From Thecamonas trahens ATCC 50062 (lineage: Eukaryota; Protista; Apusomonadida): 64,000 nucleotides of DNA. Below are positions 21,003 to 33,807 of this stretch, one piece after another. The stretch's first letter is position 1. Each line of letters begins with the position of its first letter. A model generated the notes under the pieces. It ran no database searches. It had not been told where the DNA came from and saw only the letters and a list, made by a program, of their open reading frames with translations. The DNA lies in the NCBI RefSeq assembly GCF_000142905.1, contig NW_013657634.1:240657-304656 (forward strand), written 5' to 3'. Position numbers and translations under genes: made by a program.

Positions 21003-21836
21003 ATGGGAGCGAGCAAGAAGAGTAAGAAGAGCAAGGACAAGGGGGGCAAGGCGAGCAAGGGCAAGGCGAGCAAGGGCAAGGGAAGCAAGGGCAAGGCAAG
21101 CAAGGGCAAGGCAAGCAAGGGCAAGAAGAGCGAGAAGGGCAAGAAGGGCAAGAGCAAGAAGGGCAAGAAGGGCAAGGGCAAGGGCAAGGGCAAGGGCAAG
21201 AGCAAGGACACGTCGTCGTCAACTCCCTCGGCAGGCGTCATTCACGACCACCATCCCGCCACAGAGGTCTCCAAGGAGATCCTGGAGAATGCTGGTGCTG
21301 TGCTCGGGACGGGTGTGCCCATGGTACGGACATGTGATGGGCGGCGCGTGGCTGGGGTGAAGATAGAGCAGCTGTGTGTGGGTTTGTGTGTGTATGAGAG
21401 TGTGTGTGAGTGTGTGCGAGAGGAACAGGCTGGACTCATGCTGTGTGGTGGTGATCGCGAGCTGTAGAGGCCGGACGATGCAAAGCACTTCCTTGACCAC
21501 ATTGGTGAGGGAGATCTCGACTATGACATGGCACTGGCGTTCAAGTCCAAGCTCGCGACGAAGGACAAGAAGGTCCAGGTCTGTGCTTACTTTGATGACC
21601 ACGGCGACATTGTGCTGGCGGTCGAGCGGCGGCTGCGGCGCAAGACTGTCTCGCACAAGTCGAACAAGGGCAAGGGCAAGGACAAGGGCAAGGGCAAGAA
21701 TACTGGTTCGAAGAAGGGTAAGGGCTCGAAGAAGGGCTCAAAGAAGGGCAAGGGCAAGGGCAAGGGCAAGGGCAAGGGCAAGGGCAAGGGCAAGGGCAAG
21801 GGCAAGGGCAAGGGCAAGAAGAAGAGCAAGAAGTGA
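21003..21836 (+). CDS. Highly basic Lys/Gly-rich protein with a small central folded region (intron 21324-21467)
   Basis: ATG at 21003 (MGASKKSKKSKDKG). A GTACGG..TGTAG phase-0 intron joins ..GTGVPM to RPDDAKHFLDHIG.., in frame with ORF 21528..21836. (KG)n tails at both ends. Confidence 0.72.
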
Positions 21837-22054
21837 TGTCTGCTCCCCTCCCCTCCCCCTCCGCCCATTCCCCCTCCGCCCCTCCCCCACTCCCCGCACC
21901 ATCTGTTCATCGCTATCCATAACACACGCATCCACATCCTCCTTCTCTCCAGACTCGGCGTGAACACCCACTTGCATCTATTCTGAGCACTACTTGTCTG
22001 TCGGCTGCGGTGCGGAGGGCGAGGGGCCAGCAGCAGCTAGCTAGCCAGGCGACC

Positions 22055-25000
22055 ATGGACCCTTCAGAATGGTCTCTAGACTTTGACCTAGTAGAGCAGA
22101 TAGACACACTCCAAGAGTCCCTCAAAGTATGTTCCCTCCCTCCCTCCCCCCTTTCCCCCTCCCCCCCTTGACAGAGGATGGCTGTGGGCTGTCTGGCCGC
22201 ACCGCACCCGACAAGAGGGGGAAGAACACACCCGCCCCCCCCCCCCCAACCTCCTAGATTTGGTCATCTCTGGCGACCTGCCCTCCGCACCGGCGATCTT
22301 CGACACCACCATGGTCTGCTCCAACTCGAAGAAGAGACCTGCGAGAGCCTCGAGGCCCACGGCGAGATCGAGCAGACCTAGGTCGAAAACCCGCGTTTTC
22401 TCTTGGTCTTTGACAAGATCAAGTATCTTAGGTCAACAATGCCCGCCAGGCCGAGGCCAACAGGCCCCAACCCCCCACCACCCCCCACCTCCCGTACTCA
22501 TTCTATGCGCAATATGTGGTGGTGATGGTGGTGGCGGTGGGCGTGCAGACCGAGGCGGAGATTGCCGAGTACTCGGTGCTGGACTCGCTGTCGGAGGAGG
22601 AGCGGGCGCTGGTGCTGATAGCGCCGACGGCGGCGGTTCCGCAACGGGTGGCTCTCCTGGCTCAGCTCCCACTGCTTGTTCAGCATGTGGGACCGGTACT
22701 GGTTGAAAAGGTGCTCCCGCACATGATGAACATCGCAAAGTCGGATCTCCCACCGCTCTCCTCGCTTCTGCAGAGCGAGATGGCGGCAGCGGCAGCGGCA
22801 GCAGCGGCGGTGGGGGGAGGTCCCCGCCGGCGCTGTCGTCGGATGCTGGGCGGCCGGCGAGCCAAAAGTCTGCACTGGCGGCAAGAGAGCTCGCTGCCGC
22901 AGTTGTGGATGCCTTTGACGCGCTCATTGACAACGGGCTGCTTCCAAAGGCCAATCTGGTCTCGGACTACCTCCCGCTTGCGCTGAGCCTGATCGAGTCC
23001 AAGACCGAGTGCCTTGCCAATCGTTGGGCGTTCTCGCTGCTGGCGGCAGTGCGCAAGCTGCCTGCGAGCGCGCTGGAACAGCTGGTTGAGCCGCTCGCCG
23101 CCACTGTCGAGGTGGCACAGCACCTGGAGCTCCGCATTCTCGGCTGCCGGCTGCACGGAGCGGTAGTGGCGCGACTGGGCGAGGTTGGCAAGAGCGTTGG
23201 AAGTGGCGTGCTCGACGACGTTGCCGCGAGTGCGCTTCTGCTCTGTCAGGATACCGACCACGAGGTTCGGCGAGCGATGGCGCTCGAGCTGGACCGGATC
23301 GGGCGTGCGCTCGGCGCGTCGCGCACTGTCGCTGCGGTTGTGCCGGAGCTTGCTTCGCTCCTCAACGACGAGCGCGACGAGGTGGTGACTGCCGGCCTTG
23401 ATGCAGCGGCGGCGCTCACCCGCAACGGCTTTCTCCCGTCGGCGGCAGTGGCCAACTCGCTCTTGGCCCCGATTCTTGACATGTATGCCAGCGCGTCGCC
23501 GGCGTTGGAGCTCTCGCTTGCTTGGTTGCTCGGCCCGTTTGGAGTTCAGCTCGAACCGCTGCTTGATGAGAGCGGGCGGCAGACGTTGGTGCGCGCTTTT
23601 GTGGACTATGCGAGCGCGCGGCCGCCGTTCGGCGATCATCCGGGCGTGGCGCTGCTACAGCCGGCGCGCTCGCTGCTGGCTCCGACGATTGACGGACGCG
23701 CGCTCCCGTCGCTGCTTGAGTACACGGTAGAGCCGCGTGGGCTCGTTCCGCTGGCGGTGGCATTCAACTCGCCGGCGGTCTTTGCCACCTTTGGCGGCGT
23801 GCACAAGCACGGGCTTGTTATTTGCAATGTGCTCGACAAGCTGACCCAGTCGGAGGAAGAGTGTGTGCGAGCGACGCTGGCAAGAGCACTGCCGGTGGTA
23901 GGCGAGTGCATTGCAGACCGAGCGGCGCCGGGCAGCGAGTCGAGCGTGGCGATGGCGCGAGCGGTGCGCGACGTCTCGCTTGTGCTGCTCTCGGACAGCA
24001 GGCCCGAGGTGGCCGGCGCCGCCACGGCCGGGCTCTCGCGCCTGTTGGAGGGACTGGACACGGCGCTGCGGACGCGGGCCAAGGCGTGCGCGCTCGCACC
24101 TGCGGCCGACATTCGGTTCTTTGCGCCGTACGCGCCGGTGCTGCTGGCGGCGTTTGCGAGCCTGCCGGCGCTAGCGTGGCGGGCGCGGGCCGAGACGGTG
24201 AGCCAGTGGGCGGTGGTGGGGCGATTCTTCGACCACGAGGTGGTGTTTGGCGACTTTGCGCCGGTGCTCCTGGGCCTGCTGACAGGCTCTGGGACGGCGA
24301 GTGCGGTGCGAGCAGCAGCAGCCACCACGCTGGTGGTGACGATGCGGACGCTGCGGCGGTCACAGCTTCGCAACGAGCTGTGCAACAGCGTGCTGGCCGA
24401 ACTCGCGCGCGGCAAGTCGTCGTGGCGGCGGGTGGCGTTTGTTGACGTGGTTGCCGCCGCGGTGCGGACATGCTCGCGCGCGTTTGTCAAGGACAAGTTT
24501 CTGCAGTCGTTCCTGGACGTGGCCAACGACAACGTGGCCAATGTTCGGCTGCGTGCGGCGGCACAGCTGGTCCACATCAAGCGAATGCTCTCGCTCCCGC
24601 TAGACACATACCTGCTGAAGAAGCTGGAGGACATTGCCGCGGCGTACGCGTCAGACCCGCTGCCATCGGTGGCGGCGGCTGGACGGGCGGCGAGCGCAGA
24701 GCTGGCACGGATCAAGTTGGTGCCGGCCGTGAGACACTCGGTCACGCCGCAGTTTGAGGACGATCTGCAGGACCAGCGCAAGGCCGAGGAGGAGACGAAA
24801 CTGCTGACATTGAGCGAGGCGAGCTTCTTGAAGAGGCTGCTGCCGAGCGGCAGCGGCAGTGCGACTCGGCAGGCATTCAGCTCTCGCTCTCGGCGTCGTC
24901 GCTGACGCTCCCGGGCATGTCGTCGATGTCGAGCAAGGCCTCGACATCGACGTCGTCGCTCCATGCCGTGGCGTCGGCGCCGCCGCCCAGCGGCCGGCGG

Positions 25001-25507
25001 AGTGGGACCAGCGGCCGTGTCCGCGGACGCGGGTCGGCATCAATGCGGCGGAGCGGTATCGGCAGCGGCAGCTCGTCGCTAGTCTCGGGCCCAAACGCTA
25101 GTTCTGGGCCTGGGTCGTCGGCCCGCGGGCACCGGTCCAGCGCGCCGACGCGGGCCAAGGCTCGGATCGACACCGGGCTGCGCCGGCGGGCCGAGCCGCG
25201 GAGCCGGTCAAGCGCGCGCGGTTCATCAACCTCGACTTTTGCGCGGACGCCGCGGACAAGCGGTCGGGCGACGGCAAGCAAGAGCAACAAAGGCGGCTCC
25301 AGCGGCAGCTCCGGCGCCAGCAATCGCCGCGAGCGCGCGTCGTCGGCATCCAGTTCGCGAACTCGGCCGAGCGGCAAGTCGACGTCGACAAGCACAGCGA
25401 GCGGATCCGCGACGGGCTCGCGGCTTCGTGGCACGTCCCGAAAGCGGGGCCGCGGTACGGCAGCCGGTAGCGCGACAGGCTTGACAGCGCGTCGGCGGCG
25501 ACCGTAA
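22055..25507 (+). CDS. PPP4R4: Protein phosphatase 4 regulatory subunit 4-like HEAT protein (intron 22127-22548; apparent frameshifts at ~22749-22751 and ~24861)
   Basis: Spliced N-terminus ESLK|TEAEIAEYSVLDSLSEEERALVL..LLAQLPLL matches the PP4R4 N-terminal pattern as recalled. HEAT motifs LCQDTDHEVRRAMA, LLNDERDEV, ANDNVANVR. The main ORF stops at 24905; the Ser/Arg-rich ORF ending at 25507 is probably the true tail. Confidence 0.75.
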
Positions 25508-26209
25508 CGGGTTGTTGACCTCGATGAGCTGAGCGTCGATCGACAGCTGATCTTGCGATCTAAACATCGTAGATGGCGACGGCGGGGAGTCGGGCTCTGT
25601 GCCTTTGACAATGGCGGCGATGCGCGCAACAGCCGCCGTGCCAAACATGGACTGATAGAGGCGGCCGACAGGCCAGCCGAGGGTAGCGAGCATGCCTGCC
25701 GGACGGGAGAAGGAGTCGAGGGCGACGATGACGTCGCCGTCGTCCGAGCCATCCCATGCCACAGAGAACCGCTCCTCGCCCGAGAGCATGTGCATGTCGA
25801 GAGTGGCCATGACAATGTCAAAGACATGCGCACCCGAGTTGTCGTCGATCTCTTCGCCGAGGTGGACAACCCGGGTGACGCCAACAGCCCAGGTACCGAG
25901 GATGCGAACAGCGATGGCCACGGTCATGTCCAGAGCCTCGCCGAGCGCCTGAGCCTTGCTCCAGCCGAGCTCAAACTGGCGGAGCGAAGAGAGTGCAGCC
26001 TTGGCCCGAGCATATGCCTCGCGGCCTCTCCCCGCCACATCGTGGGCGTGATCGATGGAGAACCCCGTCGGCACAGCAGTGGTGTCGTCGGGCAGGGCAC
26101 GGGTGGCGAGCGACGCTGAGCGAGGGTACGACACTGCGCCGTCTGAGTACAGCTCGAGGAGGTCCAGCAGGCGCTCCGTGGACGGTTCCAGCACGTGGAT
26201 GTTGTCCAT
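25226..26209 (-). CDS. DUF1990/UPF0548 family protein
   Basis: SYP..AT..PTGFSIDH..GRGREAYARAKAAL..F.LGW..RVV..TLDMHMLSGEERFSV.W..SFSRP..LGWPVGRLYQ. The last ~90 codons are doubtful because they are antisense to the PPP4R4 tail. Confidence 0.82.
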   Translation of the reverse strand: MDNIHVLEPSTERLLDLLELYSDGAVSYPRSASLATRALPDDTTAVPTGFSIDHAHDVAGRGREAYARAKAALSSLRQFELGWSKAQALGEALDMTVAIAVRILGTWAVGVTRVVHLGEEIDDNSGAHVFDIVMATLDMHMLSGEERFSVAWDGSDDGDVIVALDSFSRPAGMLATLGWPVGRLYQSMFGTAAVARIAAIVKGTEPDSPPSPSTMFRSQDQLSIDAQLIEVNNPLRSPPTRCQACRATGCRTAAPLSGRATKPRARRGSARCACRRRLAARPSSRTGCRRRALAAIAGAGAAAGAAFVALACRRPTACPRRPRKSRG

Positions 26210-26522
26210 GGCGTTGTGGAGGGGTGGGGGTGGGGGTGGGGTTGGGGTTGGGGTTGGGGTTGGGGAGGTGAGTGAGGTGGGTGGTGGTGCAGGGGGTGGA
26301 GGGGCGAGTGGGTGGAGGGTGGGGGGGGGGGTGTGGGTNNNNNNNNNNNNNNNNNNNNNNNNNNNNNNNNNNNNNNNNNNNNNNNNNNNNNNNNNNNNNN
26401 NNNNNNNNNNNNNNNNNNNNNNNNNNNNNNNNNNNNNNGGGGGTAAAAATCATTGTTTCTACTGGATTATAGGGGGTATGATGCTCGATTGCGATCGGGA
26501 GGAGCGAAAAGACACGGCTACT

Positions 26523-27759
26523 CTAGCCCCCTGCAGCAGAGCCGGGGATGTTCAGTTTACCTTGGTTGGGGGGGGGGGATGGGGATGGGGATGGCGCAGA
26601 GGTGGGTTGATGTGTATCGGATAGGGGAGACGTGTGCGATAAAGGCGGGTGGCGGGCAGGCAGGCGGGCAGGCAGGCAGATAGGCATGTACGGGTGCTCA
26701 GAACAACGAGTCGCCAAGAGTGGCGTTGACCTTGAGGTGGTCGGCGAGGAGTTCAGCGCCGCCGTCGGTCTTGGCATTGCCGGCCATGTCGACCGAGGTG
26801 AGCGAGTGGTTCTGGCGGAGAGCCTCGAGGAGAACGAGGCAGCCGGTGCGCTTGATCGAGTTGGAGGCGAGCGACATCGACGTCAGCGTCGTGTTGCCCA
26901 GGATAATGTCGGCGACGGCATGGACGCCGGCGTCGTTACCGATGTCGTTTTTGGAGAGGTCGAGTGACTCGATCGACCGGTTCTGGGCGAGGACCGGCGC
27001 CAGGACGGCCATGCCCTCTTCGCGGAGATCAGTCTCGCCGAGGTCGAGGACCCGGAGCGAGCGGTTGGACTCGAGGAGCGAGGCAAGGGCACTTGCACCG
27101 GCGAGTCCGACCGAGTTGCCGGCGAGTGAGAGGACTTCCAGAACGCTGTTGCCCTTGAGCACCTCTGCCAGAACGGTGGTGCCCTCGACGCCGAGATGAT
27201 TCCTCGCCAGCGAGAGCTCGATCCACCCGACATCCAAGAGCAAGCGTGCGATCATACGTGCACCTACAACGCCGATGTTGCACCCTTCGATGACTACCTT
27301 TTCCAGCGCGAGTCCGTCCGCCAGCACCCTCCGCAGCGCCTCGATGCCGTCACGAGTGCACACATCTGCCGGTATGTCGCGGACCACCATGCTCGTCCCG
27401 TCCTCGCTCACCATCCCACGCAGCATTGCCTCCTGTTGCACAACGTCGAGTGCCCGTATGCGGTGTGTGTAGCCATCGTGAGTCACATGATCGTCATCTG
27501 CGTGTGTGTGTGGTGGGGGGGGGGGGTGGGGGGGGGGGGGTGGTGGTCGTACGTGGCGGCANNNNNNNNNNNNNNNNNNNNNNNNNNNNNNNNNNNNNNN
27601 NNNNNNNNNNNNNNNNNNNNNNNNNNNNNNNNNNNNNNNNNNNNNNNNNNNNNNNNNNNNNGGGGGGGGGGTGGGGTGGCGTACCTTGCGGGCAATGTCC
27701 TCGGCTTCGCGAGCGACCACATCTTCCACCACGTGCTGCTTAGATGGCTTGCCGCCCAT
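26523..27759 (-). CDS. RNI-like (NLRC3/CARMIL-type) leucine-rich repeat protein, probably N-myristoylated
   Basis: MGGKPSK start at 27759; intron 27433-27684; 28-residue LRRs (NSVLEVLSLAGNSVGLAGASALA..). As assembled it stops at 26698. Adding one base at ~26714 plus a GTACAT..CAAG intron (26561-26691) gives NATLGRLVVLSTRKLNIPGSAAGG*, which is tentative. Confidence 0.78.
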
Positions 27760-28372
27760 AGTGGTGTGGTGGTGTGGTGGTGTGGTGGTGTGGTGGTGTG
27801 GTGGTGTGGTGTGGGTGGTGTGCGGGTGGAGTATGGGTGGAGTATGGGTGGAGTATGGCGTCGTCACGTGTTGCGGTCGTCATGGTGTGGCTTGTTGTTG
27901 ATGATGATGGTGATGACCATGATGATGGTAATCATTATGATCTTTATGGCGACGATCATTCATAGGTTGTGGTACATGTAGTGGCTCTGTCGAGTGCGTG
28001 GTCTCCTATCACAGTGTCTGGTGCTGCGCTCCCGAGCGCTGGCTAGAGTGTAGCCTGGCTCTCGACGCGGGGTATGGCCAAAGCTGCGACATGCACCGCA
28101 TACTTGCTCTGCCATCTCCTTCTCCACCTTCTGTCGGTATTTGATCTCTGCTCTGCAGGCTTTCTGACAACTTCTCGCGGCTAGAAGCGTACCTCCACCA
28201 GGCGATGATGATGATCATCACCCTACGGCAGTGATGGTGACGACGTCCTTCCAATCCTGTTTGTGGTTGCAAGTAATCGAAAAAATGAACCCAGGAGAAC
28301 GAATAGCAATGACAAAGGACCAAGTGGAGGGCGAGAGAGAGACAGAGCCACCACTCGACTCCAGCCCGCACC

Positions 28373-31184
28373 ATGTCGTCGCAGCCTTCGGTACGCAGCC
28401 ACAGCACCCGCCCTCCCCACACATACGCACACACACAAGCACTACAAGCACTACACGCTACTCCCTCCCAACCTCCCCCCCTCCTCCCCCCCCTTTTACC
28501 CCATTCCCCCCCCTCCCCTCCTTCCCCCCCCCCTCGCCCCGTCCCCCTCCCCCTCCACCTGGCAATGGAAAGAAAGCCCCTCAGCGTTCCTTCCACCCCT
28601 TCCCCACCCTCCACAGGTCATTCGTGTCCCGCCGTTCTCGTACATCCACATTCTGGATAACAATGTCAATGTGACGTCGATTGTGGCAGGGCCGCGGACG
28701 TACACTCGCCCGGATCATGTCCGGGTTGTGCTGGGGCCAGAGAAGATGATTACCATTCCGCCTCGGCACTACTGTGTGGTGGGTAACCCGGTGGTTCGCG
28801 ATGACGGGGGCAACCCGGTGGTGGACGAATACGGGCAGTACAAGCTGCGGTTTGGCGACGAGGAGGTCCGCGAGGCGCAGGACCGTTTCCCGCTGTACCC
28901 GGGCGAGTCGCTGGTGACAGGCGTGACGCAGATGCCGGTGATCGAGACGAACACGGCGATGCTGCTGCGGGCCAAGCGCGATTTTAAGCAGACGCTTGCC
29001 GACGGCGCGACTGTCGACCGCATTGCCGGTGAGGAGTGGCTTGTTCGTGGGCCGACCGTGTTCAAGCCGATGGTGGAGGCCGAGTATGTGCGGACGGTGG
29101 AGGCGACGGTGGTGCGGCCGAACCAGGCGCTGCGTCTGCGTGCACGGCGCGACTGCATCGACGCCAATGGGGTGCAGCGGCGGACGGGCGAGGAGTGGCA
29201 GCTGCGGTCCGAGGGCGCATACCTGCCGTCCGTTCACGAGGTGGTTGTCGACGTTGTCTCGGCGTATGTGCTGACCGAGAAAACGGCGCTGCACCTTCGT
29301 GCGACGCGCAACTTTGACGACGCGCTCGGAGTGAGCCGCCGGGCCGGCGAGGAGTGGTTGGTCACGCTCGCCGACGCCGACCAGTACATCCCGGATGTGT
29401 ACGAGGCTGTGGTGGGCCAGATCGAGATCACGACGCTGACGAACCGGCAGTACTGCGTGGTGGTGGACCCTGTCGACGCGAAGACCGGTCGGCAGCGGTT
29501 CGGGCACCGCGAGGTGCGGATCGGCGAGCGGTCGTTCTTCCTCAACCCAGGCGAGCGACTCGAGTCGGGCATCGAGGACGTGTACGTGCTCGGCGAGGAC
29601 GAGGCGCTGGTGATCCGCGCCAACCAGGCGTTTGACGACGTGGTGGCGAGCCGCGGCGCCGACGGGGCGGTGACCGAGACAACGGTGGCGCGGACGCCCG
29701 GCGACCTGTGGATGATCATGGGCCCGCGCGAGTACTTTCCGCGGGTCGAGGTCTCTGTTGTTGACGTCCGGCGGGCGATTCCGCTCGACGACAACGAGGG
29801 CATCTACGTCCGCAACATCACGTCTGGCGAGGTGACGGTTGTCTCGGGCGAGAGCTACATGATCCGCGAGGACGAGGAGCTGTGGCGCAAGGAGCTGCCG
29901 GCCGACGTGGAGGCGCTGCTGGCCAACGCTGCGACGCGCGACCCGCTGGCAGACCGGCACGCCCGCGGCAACGACGACAACACCTCGGCGTCGGGTCGCG
30001 ACATGACGCGGGCGGTGACGTTCCGGGTCCCGCACAACGCGGCGGTGCAGATCTACGACTACAAGCTCAAGGAGTCGCGGGTGGTGTTTGGCCCGGACCT
30101 TGTACTGCTCCGGCCGGACGAGCAGTTTACGCCGATCTGCCTCTCGGGTGACAAGCCGAAGCGGCCGAACGTGATCAAGTCGCTCGCGCTGCTGCTCGGC
30201 CCGGACTTTGCAACAGACATCATCACGGTGGAGACGTCGGACCACGCCCGGCTCTCGCTGCAGCTCTCGTACAACTGGCACTTTGACGTCGACCGGTCGT
30301 CGCCCGAGTCGGTCCGCAAGCTCTTTTCGATCTCGGACTTTGTGGGCGACATGTGCAAGCGCATCGCGTCTCGGGTCCGTGGCGCTGTGGCGCAGGTTCC
30401 GTTTGACGTCTTCCACAAGACCTCGGCGACGCTCATTCCCGCGGCCCTGTTTGGGCAGGACGACGAGGGCAACGTCGGCAGCTACTACAAGTTCCCGGGC
30501 AACAACCTGGTCATCACCTCGATTGACATCCAGTCGGTGGAGCCGGTCGACCAGCGGACGCGCGACTCGCTCCAAAAGTCGGTCCAGCTCGCCATCCAGA
30601 TCACCACCGCCTCGCAGGAGGCGACGGCCAAGCACAACGCCGCCCGCGTCGAGCAGGAGGCCCGCGGCGCGCTCGAGCGCCAGCGCATCCAGGACGAGGT
30701 CCGCGCCGAGGAGTCGCGCAAGGAGCTGCTCTCGCTCAAGGCCCTCTCTGCCGCCGTCGCCTCGTCCGGCCAGGCCACCGCAGAGGCCAAGGCCCGCGCT
30801 GAGGCCGCCAAGATTGCTGGCGAGTCGTCGCTCGAGGAAGCCAAGCTCAAGGTCAAGGCCCAGGAGATCGAGTCCACCGCCGAGCTTGCCCGCCTCGTCG
30901 CCCACCAGAACGCAGAGGTCGACCACATGCGCAAGCTCAACGAGCTCGAGGTCGCCAAGGCCCGTGCAGAGGCCGACATTGAGACCAAGCGCTGGGTCGA
31001 GTCGGTCGCCGCCCTCGGCCCCGAGACCATCCGCGACCTTGCTCGCGCCGGCCCCGAGACCCAGGTCGCGCTCCTCAAGTCGCTTGGTATCTCGTCGGTC
31101 CTCGTCACCGACGGCAACTCGCCCATCAACCTCTTCAACACCGCCTCGGGTCTCATCGGCTCGGGTGCCGGCGCTGACCAGTAG
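28373..31184 (+). CDS. MVP: Major vault protein (intron 28391-28616)
   Basis: MSSQPS|VIRVPPFSYIHILDNN, IPPRHYCVVGNPV, FPLYPGE, repeated GEEWL vault repeats, VPHNAAVQIYDYK, shoulder domain ETSDHARLSLQLSYNWHF, cap helix RTRDSLQKSVQLAIQITT, and LVTDGNSPINLFNTA. Confidence 0.97.
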
Positions 31185-31253
31185 ATGCGTCGATTTGCGA
31201 TTGAATGCTTCCCCCCACCCTTGTCCGACCATCATTGACTTTACTGTCCCAGC

Positions 31254-33649
31254 CTACAGCTCCTGCTTGCGCGCCGCCATTGCTGCCTGAGCGGCGGCGA
31301 GCGCGGCGGCATACGCGTCGTCGGCGTTGGCGCCGTCGTTGGCGGCAGATCCGGCGCTGTCTGTGGCGTCAAAGTCGTCGAGCTCACCGGCTGCCGCCGC
31401 GGCGTCGTCGCCGTCCTCATAGTCAAAGTCATCGAGCGACTCGGCGCCAAGGACGGCCGCGTCGGGAAGCGGCAGTGTTCGCTCGCGGCCGCGGGCAACC
31501 CGGTCGACAAACTGGGCAACAGCATCGGGTTTGAGGGCGCCGACGTAGACCGCGTACCGAGCCTTGGCCGGATCGAGAACAACCAGGGCCGGGAAGCCAA
31601 ACTCCAAGTGCAGCGCTTCGTTGAACGACAGGTGGTGCGACTTGAGCCAGACTGGGCGAACAGAGGTGGCCTTGGCCTTGCCCGCCGCCGCGCGGAGCAG
31701 GCCGCGGTACCGCAGGTTGTCCTGTGCAAACTCGGCACCGGGCGCAGCATCAAGGACCATCAGCAGGCACATGCCGGACGACTTGTCAAGGCAGGCCTGG
31801 GAGAGCCCGTCCTGATCGGCGGCGTAGGCGAGCGGAAGCGGCTTGGCCTTGGCCTTGGCCTTACTCTTGGTCTTGGTCTTGGCCTTAGCCTTGGTCTGCC
31901 CGGGCACCTCGCCGTTCTCGATCATCTCGACCTCGGCCAGGAGCTGGTTCATAAACGCACGCAGGTGCTTGAGCTTGTACGGGCCCTGATAAGGGATGAA
32001 CCGGATCTGGGCGCGGTCGCCACCAAACGAGCCGGCGACAAGCAGGGCCGGGAATGACTCGATCGAGTCCATGCCGGCGATGAACTGGGTGTTTTCGGCT
32101 GGAATCTGGGCAAAAAACAGCTTCCCACGGTAGTCGCGGGCGAGGATCTTGTACATGGTCGAGACGGTCTCGGCCTCGGAGAACAGAATGACCTTGGGCG
32201 TCGCCAGGTTATGCTGGAAAAACGCCGAGGTCGCCTCCTGGGTCTTGAGCTGCATCACATAGTTGGGCACGAAGCTCAACGCCCACTCGTAGAGCGGCTT
32301 GGCCTCGCGCGGCCCATCGTAGCGCACCGGCTTGCGCTTGGCGTTGAGCGGAAAAGCAACGAGTGCCGACTCGCCGGGCGCAAGGCTGTCCATGCCGTAC
32401 TTGGCTGCGAGCTTGGGCTCAGCCTCGACATCAACCAGTCCAGTGTGGATCTTGGAGACTAGCTTGCGCGAGACCTTGTCCCACAGCGGCCTGCCAGCAG
32501 GCTCGCTGGTGTAGCTCGCGTGGCCCGCGTCGCGGACAAACTCGATGACCCACGCAATGTCCTCCACAAGGACTCGCTCGGTAAAAGCCGGCTTGTCGAG
32601 GATCTCGTAGCCAGGGCGGGCGGCCTCAGCCTCGGCCTTGGCGCGCGCGGCTTCGGCCTTGGCCTTGGCAGCCTCGGCCTTGGCGGCCTTGCGCGCCGCG
32701 CGCGCCGCGCGCGCCTCTTCCTTGGACAACGGCTTGACGTGTTCAACCTCGAGGCCATGCTCGGCCGCCACGTCGTCGACAAATGGTGGAGGACACCCAG
32801 AGTGATTTTGCCGTCGCGGCCGTCGCGGGCGGCGAGGACGGCGCCACTCACCGGGTCGATGGCCAGCAGGCCGACCTTTTCCAGCGGCGCACCGCTTCCG
32901 CCGTACCGGTGCCACACCGCGGCCATGGCCTCTGGCTTGGAGATACATGCCACACTCACAGCACCGCGGTGCTTGAATGCCAACATATCGAGAGCAATGA
33001 GCGGCTCGTCGCGCAGAAGAAGCACCAGCGGACCGTCAGTCGAATCCTTGGGCAGGGCGTCCTTGGCCACGACGCCGTCGGCCAGGCCACCGGCGAGCAG
33101 CGCAGCCGTATCGGCCTCAAACTGCTCGCGAAGGATGCCCGCCAGCCACTTGGCCACCAGCGCCTCGGAGAACTGTTCGGCGGTGTAGCGGACGGGCGAC
33201 TTGTATGCGGCGCCTGCGGCATACGGATTGACCTTGAGCGCGGTAAAGGCATGCAAGGTCGGCAAAGTGGGAACCTTGTATGCCTTGAGCGTCTTGGCCG
33301 ATGCCTCTGAATGCCGCACAATGCCGTAGCGGACTCCGATCTTGGCCATTCTTGGCGCAGCGCGGGTGAGCTGGGCCTCCAGCTGCGGACAGACCTTGCA
33401 CATCTCGGCATCGCCGACATACAGAACCAGCCAGACCTCTGAATGCGGCGCCTTGATGACCATCTCGTCAAAGTTGTCATCATTAAGCTCGACCAGTCCG
33501 CCCGCCTTGCCGGCCTTGCCCGCCTTGCCCGCCTTGCCGGCCTTGCCCTCTGCGCACTCGACGGTCAGCACCAGGCCGACCAGGCCGACCATGGCCAGCA
33601 GGACCAGTACCCCTGCAGCCGTCCTCCGCATTGTCTGTCGTCGTGCCAT
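31254..33649 (-). CDS. ER-lumenal multi-thioredoxin-fold (PDI/P5-like) protein; apparent frameshift at 32781-32783
   Basis: Signal peptide; LVELNDDNFDEMV..WLVLY..CKVC; further Trx-fold segments (YDGPREAKPLYEW; FPALLV); P5-like C-domain (ACLDKSSGMCLL); C-terminal KQEL retention signal. The two ORFs join if CATTTG reads CATTTTG. Confidence 0.78.
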
Positions 33650-33807
33650 GGAGGGGTGGAGTAGAGAGGTGTGTGGGTGGTGGGGGTGAGGGGGTTGGGG
33701 GTGGTGGGGGTCTTCGTGAATGTTGGTGCGTTGGTGGTGAGGTCAGCAGGGACGGGGGGGGGAGGGGGAGGGGAGGGGGGGGGGGCATCATATGAGCCCA
33801 CCCACAC

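Noticed and set aside
24903-24905. TGA readthrough or selenocysteine in PPP4R4 (also the LRR stop at 26698)
   Set aside because: The plausible continuation lies in a different frame, so an indel explains it better.
28581-31235. 884-aa ORF antisense to MVP, and similar long shadow ORFs (3733..5385, 23636..24964, 52263..53411)
   Set aside because: Expected from strong GC3 codon bias on the coding strand; no motifs of their own.
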